The notes under the pieces were generated by a model. The model ran no database searches. It was given only the letters and a program-made list of their open reading frames with translations, and had not been told where the DNA came from. From Enoplolaimus lenunculus (taxonomy: Eukaryota), in assembly GCA_030248215.1 (NCBI GenBank), contig JASANG010002365.1, positions 434,001 through 498,000 of the forward strand: 64,000 nucleotides of DNA, given 5' to 3'. Position numbers and translations under genes: made by a program. This document shows, in pieces, positions 1 to 12,769 of this stretch (position 1 is its first letter; every line of letters starts with the position of its first letter).

Positions 1-306
1 AACGTTTCAAATCAAATTTTAAACTCTACCTGACCTTATTATATATTTTAAATACCAACCTGACATTTTGAAAATCAAATTGTCAAAATTTTCTCAAAAA
101 TTAATAATTTTTGCTTACACAAAAGGAGACTGCGTGCAGTATTAAATTTTATGTCAACGAAATGCTTCAGAAAAACTGGCTGGTTTAGTTTTAAACTCAA
201 GCTCAACCCGAGGCTAATAAGCAAACGACGCTGTGTGTCTATGGGTGCCGGCTCGTGAATGGAGTTCTTTTCGTCAAAACACAAACTCGAATTTCTGGGA
301 CACTTT

Positions 307-753
307 CTGTATTGACCCGAATAAGAGGGGGACACTGATATTTATTTGGCCTCTCCAGAGGGTACCACCCCCTTCTTATTCGGTTACGGACTGTTATTTA
401 TTTTTAACCTACGCTCAGTCGCCCTTCGTTACTGATATATATCCGGTACTGCAATTATCCTTTGAATTAAACATTTATTTGTCTTGTATCAAAGACTTGA
501 GCGTTGATACAAGGATATACTTAGGAATATACTTTCAAAATTTAAGTACGCTTTAAAGGTTTGAAGTCAAATTATTTGGTGCTGGAGTCATTAATGCGCT
601 GCAATTAGGGATAATTGACACATATGGACTCTAATTAAGGTTTATCAACTCTATCCGCTTACGGACTCTTATTAGGGATACAGACTCCTATTGATTGGGA
701 CTCAAAATGGGGACCCCCCTCTTATTACCCACCTCTTATTCGGGTCAATACAG
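307..753. mobile_element. ~450-bp MITE (TIR CTGTATTGACCCGAATAAGAGG); second copy at ~11582-11997 in the insulin-like gene intron
   Basis: Terminal inverted repeat, and a colinear diverged copy at ~11582-11997. Confidence 0.8.
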
Positions 754-1471
754 TACGCTCTAATTTGAAAACGGTAAAATTTAAGTATTTGAAAACATTT
801 GATAATTTGCTAAATTCAATCCATAAAATGAAAATAATTTTTCTTAAAATCAACTGAAAGTTAGCGAGTTTACCTTCTGCTTGTTAAATCGGCTAATAAA
901 AATATTACAGTTTGGATGAATTGTTGTTTTGCGCTTATAAAGCTTTAACGGCGATCGGACAAACAGTTATTCTATGATACTAAAAGACTACAATCTAAAA
1001 AGTTAAACTTAAATTATAGCTTAACTAAACTTGAATATTAGTGTAAGTAAAACTCAAATGGCTGGACGTACTAACAAAACTGCCATTTAAAGTTTTGCTT
1101 AAACTAACATATTTTTAAGTTTAACACGAGTTTAAGTAAACTTATTTTTGGTCTAAGTAACAAATTCAGCCCAGAAATTATATGTATCGAATAATATATT
1201 AAGCTTGGCTTAAACTAAAAACATATAAGATTTTAACTTAGCTTAAACGTAAACCTACCTGTTAGTTTAGTTAATCATGAAAGTTAGTTTAGTACTGCTT
1301 GATTAGCTTAAGCTTAAATCAAGATTGTTTAAGCGTTTAGAGTGTAAAACTCGCTGTGAACGTTTATTATGCATACGTTTATAATTCTTCAAAATTAGAA
1401 TATATTTTTATTTTCGTTTAATTTGTTTATTTTATTTTTAAATTGTATAATATTTTTTATGATATTTTCAG

Positions 1472-4400
1472 AACTTGGTGTTGGCTATCGAAGGTAAGCT
1501 CGATATATGTGTATTTTAATTGTTTGGGTAATAATTTTGTTATTTGTAATGTTTAATAATTGCAAGTTTTGGTCGTGGCTGTGACTGCAAGATTTGTGTT
1601 TTAAGCGATAGTGCAAACTTTATAATATGACACAACCGCGTCAAACACATACATAATTTACAGCATTTACAGTGCACATTTTCTCAAATGTGTATAGCAT
1701 CTATCACCAGTTAGCGATTGGTTTTCAAACGAAGTCACTCGTGCAACTTTGGATTTCAATAATGACACAGAAGTAAATTAAAGAAAATAATTGCGAAAAG
1801 TGTGCTGGAGTTATAACCGCATCATTCATTGGGCAGAAAACTGCAAGACCTGTCACCAACTGGTGTAAGCTGCTATACTGTAAATTTCAATGAGTTGATT
1901 AATCCATTGAGCTAGCGAGTGAGTTATTTCTGAATTAATATCAGTAAGCATTATCTCACTCTGAGTTAAGTTGACTCTGAGTGAGTTGATTAATTAACTC
2001 AGAGTCAATTGAATCAACTCAAAATTCTGAGCTCTGATAGTCCAAACTCAGACTGAGTGATTCAACTCATTCTGAGGTAACATTAACTCACTTAAATTTA
2101 CAGTGTACACACATTTAAGAACACGGCTCTTAGGAGTTATTAGCATAGGACGTGTAACTTCTAGCCGATGTATAGCAATCAGCAAGAAGCTGTAGTGACC
2201 CAAATAAGAAGGATGTATGCGATATTCGCACTAAAACATAGTTAATTTTTGGATAAATCCTGTACAATAATAAAATGACGTGAATGCACACTGTAAATTT
2301 CAATGAGTTGATTTTAACTCAGAATGAGTTGAATCATTAAGTCTGATTTAGGACTATCAAAACTGAGAATGTTGAGTTGATTCAATTCATTCTGAGTTAA
2401 TCAACTTACCCAGAGTCAACTCAACTCAGAATGAGAATCAACTCAACTCCATCGAATAGAAATAGATTATTCTTACAACGTGTAAATAAAGATTAATAAA
2501 TTCCAGTTCCTTGCTGTTATTCGTGTCACAACAGTAGCTAAGTATTTTGGACTATTACAAAATATACTTTTATCTTTAAATCTGGGCCCATATTTTCAAA
2601 TGTGTATAGCACTATCATCAGTTAGTAATAGGTTTTCAAACTCACTAACTATTGCAGATGTTGAACTGAACTCAAAATTGCTAAACAAGTAGAGTGAATC
2701 AAATGCGAAAAATGTGCTGGATTTTGAAACTTAGCATTTACTGGCTCGAAAGTGATGCGATATATCACCAACTTGTGATAGGTGCTACACACATGTAAAA
2801 GAATACGGGCCCATGTATTAGTAAAAATTAATAAAAGTAAAATTGGCTAAAGTTGCTTGCTTTATGACGAAAATGGATAATATTACAAGTAGGGCTACGC
2901 TAATAAACAAAGTTTGAGTCAAGTCAGCGATAGGCTGTATACACATCAGAGTGAAATATCGTTTTATTTAATGAACAAAACACAAGTTTGTTTTCAAATT
3001 CTTTGCGTCTGTTCTGTGATTTAATTAATAATTCGTTAAATTTCTCACACGTAAAAATTTTAATTGAACCCTCAAAATGCGTCATTGTGTCCCTTCAAAT
3101 ATCATTTTAAATCTTGGCATAATTAACATATGTTTGGGCTTAGCTTCAGTCCTGTATATGTTTGCCTAATTTTCAAAAACTTAAATTCTATAAAGAATCC
3201 AATTTGATTATTGTTTTAATATATATATATTTTAAATAATGATATATAGTTTATTAGAAAACAATTTGATTTGAGGTCTTAAAAATAATATATCAAACCT
3301 ATTTTTCTTATTCCCCATGCGAATAGTAGCGTTGTATTTTTTACACAATATGAAATCCAATTTTAAGCTTAAATTGAACTCAGGATTTTAGGTTACAAAA
3401 AGTGTGGAGTTTGGGTGATGCGATTGGTTCCTAATGTCGTTTGCTCCGAGCGAATCAAATTTTTTTCAAAGCTTAAGCTTACTCCGTTTCAGTTTCGCAG
3501 AACAATACTGATTTTTGCATGGGCTGATTCTTGGAACCATTGGTGCTGCTGATTTAAGTATTTTAATTCCACCGGATGATATTTTTCATTTTTTAACCAC
3601 ACAGTGGTAAAACGCGACAAATACATCGCTTTCGATCAGCAAATATATATTAAATATAATTTTCGAGAAATTTGGCCATCGTCAAGGCATTTAGCATCAC
3701 CACTCAGCTATACGAACTTGACAGAGTCATAATGGCCCACAGGCCAAAACAGTAGTATAAGCGTATTCCTAAGCCTAAGCCAGAGCCTAAGCCTAAACCT
3801 AAAAAGTTAGTCTAAGCTTAAACTGACTCTATTATAGCCCCTCCGGAAAACGGTCCGGCCCTGTTCCATACATGGGTCGTCATAATTATAGCTAATTTCA
3901 GATAATCCACTCGCCAGCGCACCATCAATTCGATTCGTATCGGAAAACGGAAATACACCAAAACTTCTCGGCGAAGGCAGCACCCAAATCATCGATGTCA
4001 AGCCTTTCTCAGACGTCACAATGACTTGTGATGCGTTCGGATCACCGCTACCAGTGGTTATTTGGCAATATTTAGGCCATACCAGAAGATCAAACACACC
4101 GAGCCGACAGCAGCCAATCAGCGCAACAACTTTTAAAGCATACAGCAATTACGAAGAACGCTTTTTGAACGCCGGTCAAAGGAAAAGTTATCAACAAGGC
4201 ACAACGGTTGCAAAAGCATCGATCCCATGTGTTTCGCGTCGAAATACCGGACGATACGTGTGTATGGCTTCAAATGGGCGAACGGTGATATCAAAGTATA
4301 TTTTGTTACGGTTGAACGAAACCGGTCCAGGTGAGTGAAATTAAACATTTTTTTATTTTTTGGCTTATATTTTCTTAAATCTCTGTTAATTTTCATTTTT

Positions 4401-7400
4401 CACGCGCTATTTTTGCTATTTAACAAGAGTGTGCAACTGGGCACATTTTGTGTGGAAAAAATGTACCCGGCAGGCGTTGCGTTTTTGCCTTTCCTCTTTT
4501 ATTTAGATGGGAGTACAACCGGTGCGAACCATGACGCTTTATTTATGCGGCGTAAAACATGCTCCCCATATAGGTTAACTTAGGGTATTCATGTAATAGC
4601 GATACCCCTCTAAATAAGAGGGGGGTCGATCAAAATGCCAAACCCAGTGGTATATTTTGTACCATGCGGGACTCCAAAAGTTGCACACTCTTGTATCATG
4701 CACTCTTGCCTTCAGTAATTAGGATTTTTTGTTTCAATATTAATATTTTACATTGCAAAAACAACAGAAGCAAATGTAAAAAATTCTTATTCTCTCAATT
4801 TTGCAATTGCATGGGAATTTAAAAACAAATTTAGCCAATTCTAAATTCATCGTGCAATTTGTGTATTTTAATGTTTATTTTGTGATCAAAAGTAACTTTA
4901 GTTGAAAACATTTTGTGGTCCAACATTTACGACTTGAAAATTGAACGGTGTTGTTGAACGAATAAAATGCTATTTAATATTGGGAAATTTTTGTAATTTC
5001 AGATGAAGAAATATTTACGACGCGATGCAATCGAAAACAAAGAAAAGGTACCGAAATTTTCAATAAATGTTGCAAAATTAAATTTAACTATAATTGAGTG
5101 AAAAAATTGTCAAATAAACAAGTTGAGATGAAAGCTAAATGTTTAATTTTCGCTTTCGACGGTTGTCTATTTATGTAATACAATTAATATTTTAATTCCT
5201 TGTCTCTTTTTTAATTTTGAATGTTTCAGAAATTTTCAATTCCTCTTTCAAATCAAGAATTTTTTCGTTGAAGTTTTTTCCTTTTCAGAAATTAAAATAT
5301 TAATAAAAATAAGAAAGAAAGAAATAAAAGCAACATTACTAAGAAACAATATAGAGAAAAAAAGATTTTTATTATTTTCGTTTGTAACCAGCAATTTATA
5401 CAAATATATTTGATCTGTTGTGTCAATTTTGAACCATGCTCTGGTATCTTCAAAGTGATTGCAGAACAATATTTGTCATCACGGATTAAGAATCAAAGCC
5501 TATTAATTGGAAGTTCGGCTAAAAAAACCAAAAATTTCACAACTTTTCGGCTGAAAAACCTCCGTCCCGGATTTGGACTCATGTAAAGATTCCGGGGAGG
5601 ACCGTTTCTCCGCCGAACTACAATAGAGTAAACTTAAGCTTTAGACTAATTTTTTTGTAACGCTTGGTTTAGATATATGCTTATTGTTACGCTTTGGCTT
5701 GGGCTTACGAATATACTTATATACTACTGGTACGGTCCTGATCTACGCATTAGAGTATATTTTCTTAACTTTTTTTCACCAATTTTAAAAACTGGTTTAC
5801 GGTCCTGATCTACGCATTGGAGTATATTTTCTTAACTTTTTTTCACCAATTTCAAAAACTGGTTCACGGTCCTGATCTACGCATTGGAGTATATTTTCTT
5901 AACTTTTTTTCACCAATTTCAAAAACTGGTTCACGGTCCTGATCTACGCATTGGAGTATATTTTCTTAACTTTTTTTCACCAATTTCAAAAACTGGTTCA
6001 CGGTCCTGATCTACGCATTGGAGTATATTTTCTTAACTTTTTTTCACCAATTTCAAAAACTGGTTTACGGTCCTGATCTACGCATTGGAGTATATTTTCT
6101 TAACTTTTTTTTTCACCAATTTCAAAAACTGGTTTACGGTCCTGATCTACGCATTGGAGTATATTTTCTTAACTTTTTTTTTCACCAATTTCAAAAACTG
6201 GTTTACGGTCCTGATCTACGCATTGGAGTATATTTTCTTAACTTTTTTTCACCAATTTCAAAAACTGGTTCACGGTCCTGATCTACGCATTGGAGTATAT
6301 TTTCTTAACTTTTTTTCACCAATTTCAAAAACTGGTTCACGGTCCTGATCTACGCATTGGAGTATATTTTCTTAACTTTTTTTTCACCAATTTCAAAAAC
6401 TGGTTTACGGTCCTGATCTACGCATTGGAGTATATTTTCTTAACTTTTTTTCACCAATTTCAAAAACTGGTTTACGGTCCTGATCTACGCATTGGAGTAT
6501 ATTTTCTTAACTTTTTTTTCACCAATTTCAAAAACTGGTTTACGGTCCTGATCTACGCATTGGAGTATATTTTCTTAACTTTTTTTTCACCAATTTCAAA
6601 AACTGGTTTACGGTCCTGATCTACGCATTGGAGTATATTTTCTTAACTTTTTTTTCACCAATTTCAAAAACTGGTTTACGGTCCTGATCTACGCATTGGA
6701 GTATATTTTCTTAACTTTTTTTCACCAATTTCAAAAACTGGTTTACGGTCCTGATCTACGCATTGGAGTATATTTTCTTAACTTTTTTTTCACCAATTTC
6801 AAAAACTGGTTTACGGTCCTGATCTACGCATTGGAGTATATTTTCTTAACTTTTTTTCACCAATTTCAAAAACTGGTTTATATTAATATTTTCAGCAAAT
6901 TATTACAAACCAAATATTGCTATGTGGACCAAAGATCGAATTGAACGGACCGACATGGCAGCGCAGTTGATGTGTCGCGCCACTGGGTACCCGAAACCGC
7001 AAATTTCATGGTTTTTAATGGAAGACGGGGTTAAAGTTAAGCAACAAATTGAATCTACACCAGGTTTTAAGGTGAGTTAAAACTTTTACGAACCGTTTTG
7101 AATGTTCAATTTATATTAAAGTGTTTTAAGCCCTATTCACACGTGCAAGTTTTCGCTACGAGAGCTTGCAGCAGCAAATTGCATGCTGAACTTGCATTTT
7201 TTCATCAGCCAACGAGAAAGCGGATACAATAAATTCAATGAACTTGCATGGTTATTCACACATGTGAACTGAATTCTTAGCTATGATTTTTTAATGTATT
7301 TTGCAGATGCAAGTTTTTCGAACGGGATTTTGGATAAATCTTGCAAGTGCAAGTTACAACTGCAAAAGTTCTCGCAGCAAAAACTTGCACTTGTGAATAG

Positions 7401-9025
7401 GGTTTAAGTGAATTTTTTCTAATCGTAAAATCGTTTTCTGTTCCATTATTTTTACTATCTGTTCGCGCCGTTGAATAAGGAAAGATACTTAAGTTTACTA
7501 AAATTTTTTGCTATGAAAATTAACTAGTCTGCCAACTTTGCGCAATGCGCAAAGTTAGCGAAAACACAAAAATTGCCACGCAAATTTTCTTTTAATAGAA
7601 CGGAGATCAATCAATCACGTGTATTTTTACTGAGAAATTTTTGTTAACAAAGTAATGCTGGAAATTTGCCCAAAATACGCATGTTTGGCGTTCCAGCTTT
7701 AATATATAGATTTGTTAACGGTTTAAGTTGTAAAAATTTTAAATAACGCCTGTTGATTCCAGTCTGTTGCCTGTTGCTTAATTTTGCTAAATTACAAAAA
7801 TTGACGTTTTTTTTCAGGTGATGCCATATGGCGATTTAATAGTTATGAGCAATGCGAATTACAGCAATTCGGACGATTTTAGATGTGTTGCTAAGAACAA
7901 ATATGGGACAGATGTTGTCGATCCATGGTTGTTGAGGGTATGTTTTGATCAAACAGTGTCATTGGCTTTTGTACATTGACCCTGTCGCATTTAATATTAA
8001 CGCTTACGCTTAGACTTACGCTGAAGTTTAGAAAAAGGCTTAAACAACTTATACTCATGCAGAGGTAAGCCGTATAGGCTTAGTCTTAGCGTAAATTTGG
8101 AAAAAATGATCCAAAGCGGCTTTTCTGAATAGCGAGTCAGGTTAAGGATGTTTAGCGGATATCCGTTTCCGGTAAAAATCTGTGTCTGTTTTTGTTTATA
8201 AAACTACCTGGAATTCTGTTGTTATATTATATATTACGGTTATAGTTTTGTTTCCGAATTATTCTAATCCTTTGATAGAAATATATTACGCAATTGTTCA
8301 AATTGAAATAAAAATTACAAAATTCATTTAAAATGGTGAAATTTTTTTTTGCTAAACCGCTTTGTTTTAAACTTTCTGAAAACCTGACAAATATTTGATT
8401 ATTTCAACACTGTAAATGCTCGTGAGTTGATTATTCAAATCAGAGAGTGAATTATAGTCATTTCTGGTTATTTCTGAGTTACGTACAAGAAACATTATGC
8501 TCGCTCTGAGCTGAGTTAATAATTCCGGGTGAGTTGAATAATTTAGTCGGAATAAAAGTTCAATCAATTCAGAGTTCAGAGTTCTGAAAGATCTAATTCT
8601 CACAGCTCAGGCTTCTGAGTGGTTTCATCTAATCCTGAGTTAAAATCAACTCTTTGAAATTTACTGTGAATAAGCTTAAATTGTCGATTTGCCACTGTAT
8701 ACTCTCTAAAAAGCTTAAACTCACTAAACTAGCTTTCTAGAATAACTGAACTAACGGGTAGGTTTACGCTTAAACTAATTTATAATCTTACGTATTTTTA
8801 GTTTAACCTTAACTTAGTGAACTCTTTGATACGGATAATTTCTGGGCTGCACTTGTTACTTAAATCTAAAAATACGTTTACTTAAACTCGTGTTAAACTT
8901 AAAAATATGTTAAGTTTAGTAAAACTTACAATTCTAGTTTAGTTAGTCCGTCCAGCCATTTGAGATTTACTTAAATACTGCACGTTTTGTAATTAATTTA
9001 CTTAAAATTTTAGGTAACTGAATAG
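1472..9025 (+). CDS. Secreted two-Ig-domain protein, ZIG-2/3/4 / Imp-L2-like; spliced, 5' exon(s) with start codon not identified
   Basis: Phase-compatible GT-AG exons: 1472-1493 (NLVLAIE, tentative), 3902-4330 (Ig1: VTMTCDAFGSPLPVVIW...IPCVSRRNTGRYVCMASNG), 5003-5047 (linker with Cys), 6896-7071 (PNIAMWTKDRIE...AQLMCRATGYPKPQISW), 7818-7937 (GDLIV...DDFRCVAKNKYGTD), 9014-9025 (VTE*, tentative; alternatively read-through to TGA at 7977-7979). No transmembrane segment seen. The PxIxMWTxxRxE motif and extra Cys pair resemble nematode ZIG and insect Imp-L2. Confidence 0.8.
1875..2107. mobile_element. Palindromic MITE (ACTGTAAATTT...AAATTTACAGTG), nested in another repeat; relatives at ~2287-2450, ~8406-8669 and ~56376-56628
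   Basis: TIRs and internal GAGTTGA/TCAACTC motifs shared between copies. Confidence 0.72.
2584..2812. repeat. Dispersed TIR repeat family (GGCCCATATTYTCAAATGTGTATAGCA...); other copies at ~1672-2130, ~43400-43660, ~44959-45162, ~53138-53356 and ~59733-59925
   Basis: Shared inverted termini and internal similarity. Confidence 0.72.
3902..4330 (+). CDS. ZIG/Imp-L2-like gene, Ig domain 1 exon
   Basis: tttcag acceptor ends at 3901, gtgagt donor starts at 4331; contains the track ORF from 4021 with the Ig C...W...GxYxC pattern. Confidence 0.9.
4420..4710. repeat. Dispersed repeat family (AACAAGAGTGTGCAACTGGG...CACTCTTG); other copies at ~33198-33490, ~40734-40990, ~45187-45470, ~47815-48068 and ~55485-55740
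   Basis: Recurring CAAGAGTG ends with an internal AAAACGCAACGC/GCGTTGCGTTTT inverted structure. Confidence 0.72.
5730..6880. repeat. ~67-69-bp tandem array, ~17 near-identical copies, intronic
   Basis: Unit GGTCCTGATCTACGCATTGGAGTATATTTTCTTAAC(T)nCACCAATTTCAAAAACTGGTTYAC. Confidence 0.97.
6896..7937 (+). CDS. ZIG/Imp-L2-like gene, Ig domain 2 exons (6896-7071 and 7818-7937)
   Basis: ttttcag acceptors with gtgagt/gtatgt donors; LMCRATGYPKPQISW and FRCVAKNKYG are I-set Ig motifs. Confidence 0.88.
7130..7403. mobile_element. MITE (CCCTATTCACACGTGCAAGTTTT TIR); relatives at ~14646-14918 and ~39555-39818
   Basis: TIRs and near-colinear copies. Confidence 0.78.
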
Positions 9026-9748
9026 AAGCGGATTTTGCAAACGCAAAATATCACAAATTGCAATCATTTCAAACTGCATTCAACGACACAAATTATCAAC
9101 TATGTAAACGAAGCAACTATTGTTTGTGTGTAAAGTTTGATATACAATTGAGACATAATTTGCATACAAATCGTGATCAAATTGGTGAAATTAATATTAA
9201 ATATAAACTTGTTGACTTGATTCGATGTAGAGTGCTCAAATCATCATTTTGCCTTTAATCCGAGTGAACAGAGCCCAAAAGGCTGGCCTTCGAGTTGACT
9301 CGGATTGGAGCGAAACTCGGCCAATCTCAAGCTCGGATCATCCTCCAAAAAATCTTGGGTTTACCACTGTGGCTCATGTAATGATCAGGGGTGGTATGCT
9401 CGTTTGCGTGCCTGCAATAGAGTAGGATTAAGCTTTAGACTAATTTTCCTGCTTAGGTTTAGGCTTTAGGTATAAACTCATTTTCATACTTAGGCAGTGG
9501 CTTAGGATTGGGCTTAGGAATATGTTTATACACTGTTCCGGCCCAGTTTTGTACATTAGCCACCCACCGCTATTGTCGGGTCAGGAGTTTGGTTTTCTGG
9601 CCGTGGCCAAGCAGTATTAGGATCGACCCTGGAGCATAACAAAAATTTTTCTTAATAGAACAATTTTAACATTGTCTAATTATAATTAGGACATGTTCTA
9701 AACCATGTTTTCTAAAAATAGCAGCAGTTATACTTGCTTAAAATAGTG

Positions 9749-10039
9749 GGCCCATGTAAAGATCAAAGGCGGAACGTTTTTCTGTGTGACTAGAAAAGAG
9801 TAAGCTTAAAGCATTTGAGTGATTATTTGCTTTGTTTAGCCTTAGGCTTAGGCTTAGAAATATGCTCATTCTTACGCTTAGGCTTAGGCTTAGGCTTAGG
9901 AATATGCTCATTCTTACGCTTAGGCTTAAGTTTAGGCTTAGGCTTAGAAATATGCTCATTCTTACGCTTAGGCTTAAGTTAGGCTTAGGCTTAGAAATAT
10001 GCTTATAATACTGTTCCGCCCATGTTCTTTATATTGGCC
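9749..10039. mobile_element. MITE with GGCC termini, internal TTAGGC repeats and perfect 8-bp TSD
   Basis: AAATAGTG at 9741-9748 and 10040-10047; GGCCCATGTAAAG...ATATTGGCC. Confidence 0.88.
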
Positions 10040-10693
10040 AAATAGTGTAAGCTGGTAAACGTAAATAATGTACGCCATTTTTTGGAATGCGTTAATGCAA
10101 ACCATTTCAAATCACAAAGCGTTTTACTGTGCAAGACATAGTTGTAACACAGTCGACCACCATTATGCAAACATATAGAGTAACAGCGAACCCAGCTTTA
10201 AGAATAGTTTTTAGAAATCAGTGAAATTTTATAAGATTAATGGCCAATGTTACTTTAAGGGGCGTAACAGTGGATTAAGCGTACTCCTAAGCCTAAACCT
10301 AAGCCTAAGTCTAAGCCTGAGCAAAAAAATGTAATCTAGAATCTAAACCTACTCTTTTAACTACTGATAGATACACACATTTGAGAATACCGGCCCAGGA
10401 AACAATTTAAATGGAACAAGTAAAAAAGGTTCACATCCCTGTGTATTGTCTGATTCAAAAACATTAGCGTAAATTAAAACGTAATATTTTAAATTTTCCT
10501 GTAAGAAATTTATAATAGTATTTGACATCTTTTTAATTTAAAAACAAAATTAATCTGATTGCGTTTCAAGCCAATGACCATCGGTTTCCAAATAGTGCAA
10601 AAATAAAAAAAATTAAAAATATCCAATCACTTTTGTACTTGATTCGTTTTTGAAATACGACTGACCAATCCAGTGCTTGCAGTGAGTTCTTAT

Positions 10694-12679
10694 TTAACAA
10701 CAAAAACTTTTCAAGTCTTCGTACGAACATCCGTCAAGACAGCACATTTGAACGATGCCGCGTTTTGTTGTTCCGGTCGCCGTCTCCAATTTGGTATGCG
10801 GTATTTTTTGTCTTTGATCTGGTTTCCAGTCCGCAGTCGAGTCGTTGTTGTTGGTACGCGCGTCATGCCGTTGGTTACCGTCGCCGTATCGTCCATTAAT
10901 ACCAATCAAAGTTTCGTTGTTATAATGTAACGCTGAATAACGCAAATTCGTCGGTTCGTTTGTTGGTTTTTTCGCGTTCAAAGCCATCAAACGATACCGA
11001 AACGAGTTGTGATTATTAATTTTCGTTTGATTTCTATCTTCAGGTGAAGCAGCATCGCTTGATTCAGCGCTGTCGAGAGTTACGGTGATTCGTTGAGGAT
11101 CGTTGTGGTTTGTATTGGGTTCGTCGGAGCCAATCGTGTGACGCGGAACCAAATTATCGAGCCATTCCAACGTAATTGGTGCAAGACTTGATCCTAAAAA
11201 AATTAATGTAAAACGTTTAAAAAAACTAATTGACCACTTTAAAAACTACGCTCTCAAAGTTAGTGGCTTTTTTTATAATTTTCCTCCCACAGTGTAAAAA
11301 TGTTGTTCAGGCCTGAATTGTTCTCTGGTCGTGTCTTATTTGTCACCCCCAAAAATGGAGTTGTTGACGAAAAATTACGACGATCAATGCAACATTTAGC
11401 AGAATCGTTTTTGACACAAAACCAAAGCTTTGATGTTTATGACCCTCGGTTACCAAATTCAAACGGTAAAAATCGGTTTTGATTCATTATTTTAATTTTC
11501 TCATGGCGTACGCAAGATAAACTGTACGATGCATTATTAAGTGTATACGCAGTACAAAAAAGACTGCATAATACAAGAGTACTATAATGACCCGAATAAG
11601 AGGGGGGAGCGATATTTATTTGGCCTCTCCAGAGGGTTCCCACCTGGTATTCGGTTACGGACTGCTATTTATTTTCAACCAGCCATCGGTCACTCTTCGT
11701 TACTGATGTATCTTCGGTATTGTAACTATTCGTTGAATTAAACACTTGTTTGTCTTGCGTCAATAGCTTGAGCGATAATGCAAGGTTAAAAACTTAAGTA
11801 CGTTTTAAAGTTTCGAACTCAAATTTTTTGGTCGTGGAGTCATTTATGCATTTACAATGAACGATAATTGACATTTATGGACTCTAATTCGGGTTGACTC
11901 AATCCGCTTACGGACTCGTATTGATACGGACTCCTATTGATTGAGACACAAAACGTGGGTCTTCCTTTTATTACCCCCTCTTATTCGGCTCAATACACAC
12001 AAAAAAGTATTTCTGAATTTATTCAGAAAAGTGCTTTCTGTGGCAAATCTAAAAAGTTTTGCTGATATTTAAAACAATTTTTCTTAAAATAATTGAAAAA
12101 CGTTTATTTTCAGACTTTATTTCAAAACATTTTTTGAAAACGTTTCTGTTGTAACAGAAATACTTTTCAAGTGCACCATATTTCTCAAATGTAAGAAATT
12201 TTTTCTTAATTATCAGAAATACTATTTTGAGCGTACAGTGTGCCACTCTTGGGGTTCCGCATGGTACATAACGTACCCGGCACGCGTTGCGTTTTTGACC
12301 GAGTTCCCTCTTATTTAGAATTGGTTACAACCGGTGCGAACCACGACACTTTATGTATCTGGCATCAAAAATACTGCGTTTAGCGTTTAAAGGCGTATTG
12401 CCTGTAACAGCGACCTCCCTCTCTACTTATGAGGGTATCATGCGCTCTTGGTACAAAACTCACACATGAAACATCAACACTCGCAAGTGATTTAAACTTA
12501 CGTTTTGCTGAATTTCCACCAGCCCAGCAGGTGTTGCAAATTTTTTGGGCCAATTTTACAAGACGTTTGCCGCAAACACGAAGCGACACGGCGCCTTGAG
12601 GGTTTACAATCATAAACACAGCAACGGTGAAAAGTATAATTGTCGATTTCGAAAGCCGAATTTGACCAATTATTCGCAT
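10694..12679 (-). CDS. Insulin-like peptide precursor, INS-1-like (8 Cys), 225 aa, two coding exons
   Basis: Exon 12679-12502: signal peptide plus B chain LRVCGKRLVKLAQKICNTCWAGGNSAK, then gtaagt donor. Exon 11193-10694 after a tttttag acceptor: completes KR, then a ~142-aa C peptide, KR and A chain GIVQMCCLDGCSYEDLKSFCC*. Shows the CGxxL...C and CCxxxCx8C insulin signature. Confidence 0.93.
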
Positions 12680-12769
12680 GATTTTACAAAGTTTAATGTT
12701 TATGATAAATAAAATATGAAATATTAATATAAATCTTAAAATAAACGCAAAAAGTGTTAAAACTATTTC

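Noticed and set aside
5730..6880. Regular ~68-bp repeats resembling a CRISPR array, and the ORFs at 6018-6944
   Set aside because: Units are head-to-tail with no unique spacers, there are no cas genes, and the array lies in a eukaryotic intron; the ORFs are translations of the repeat.
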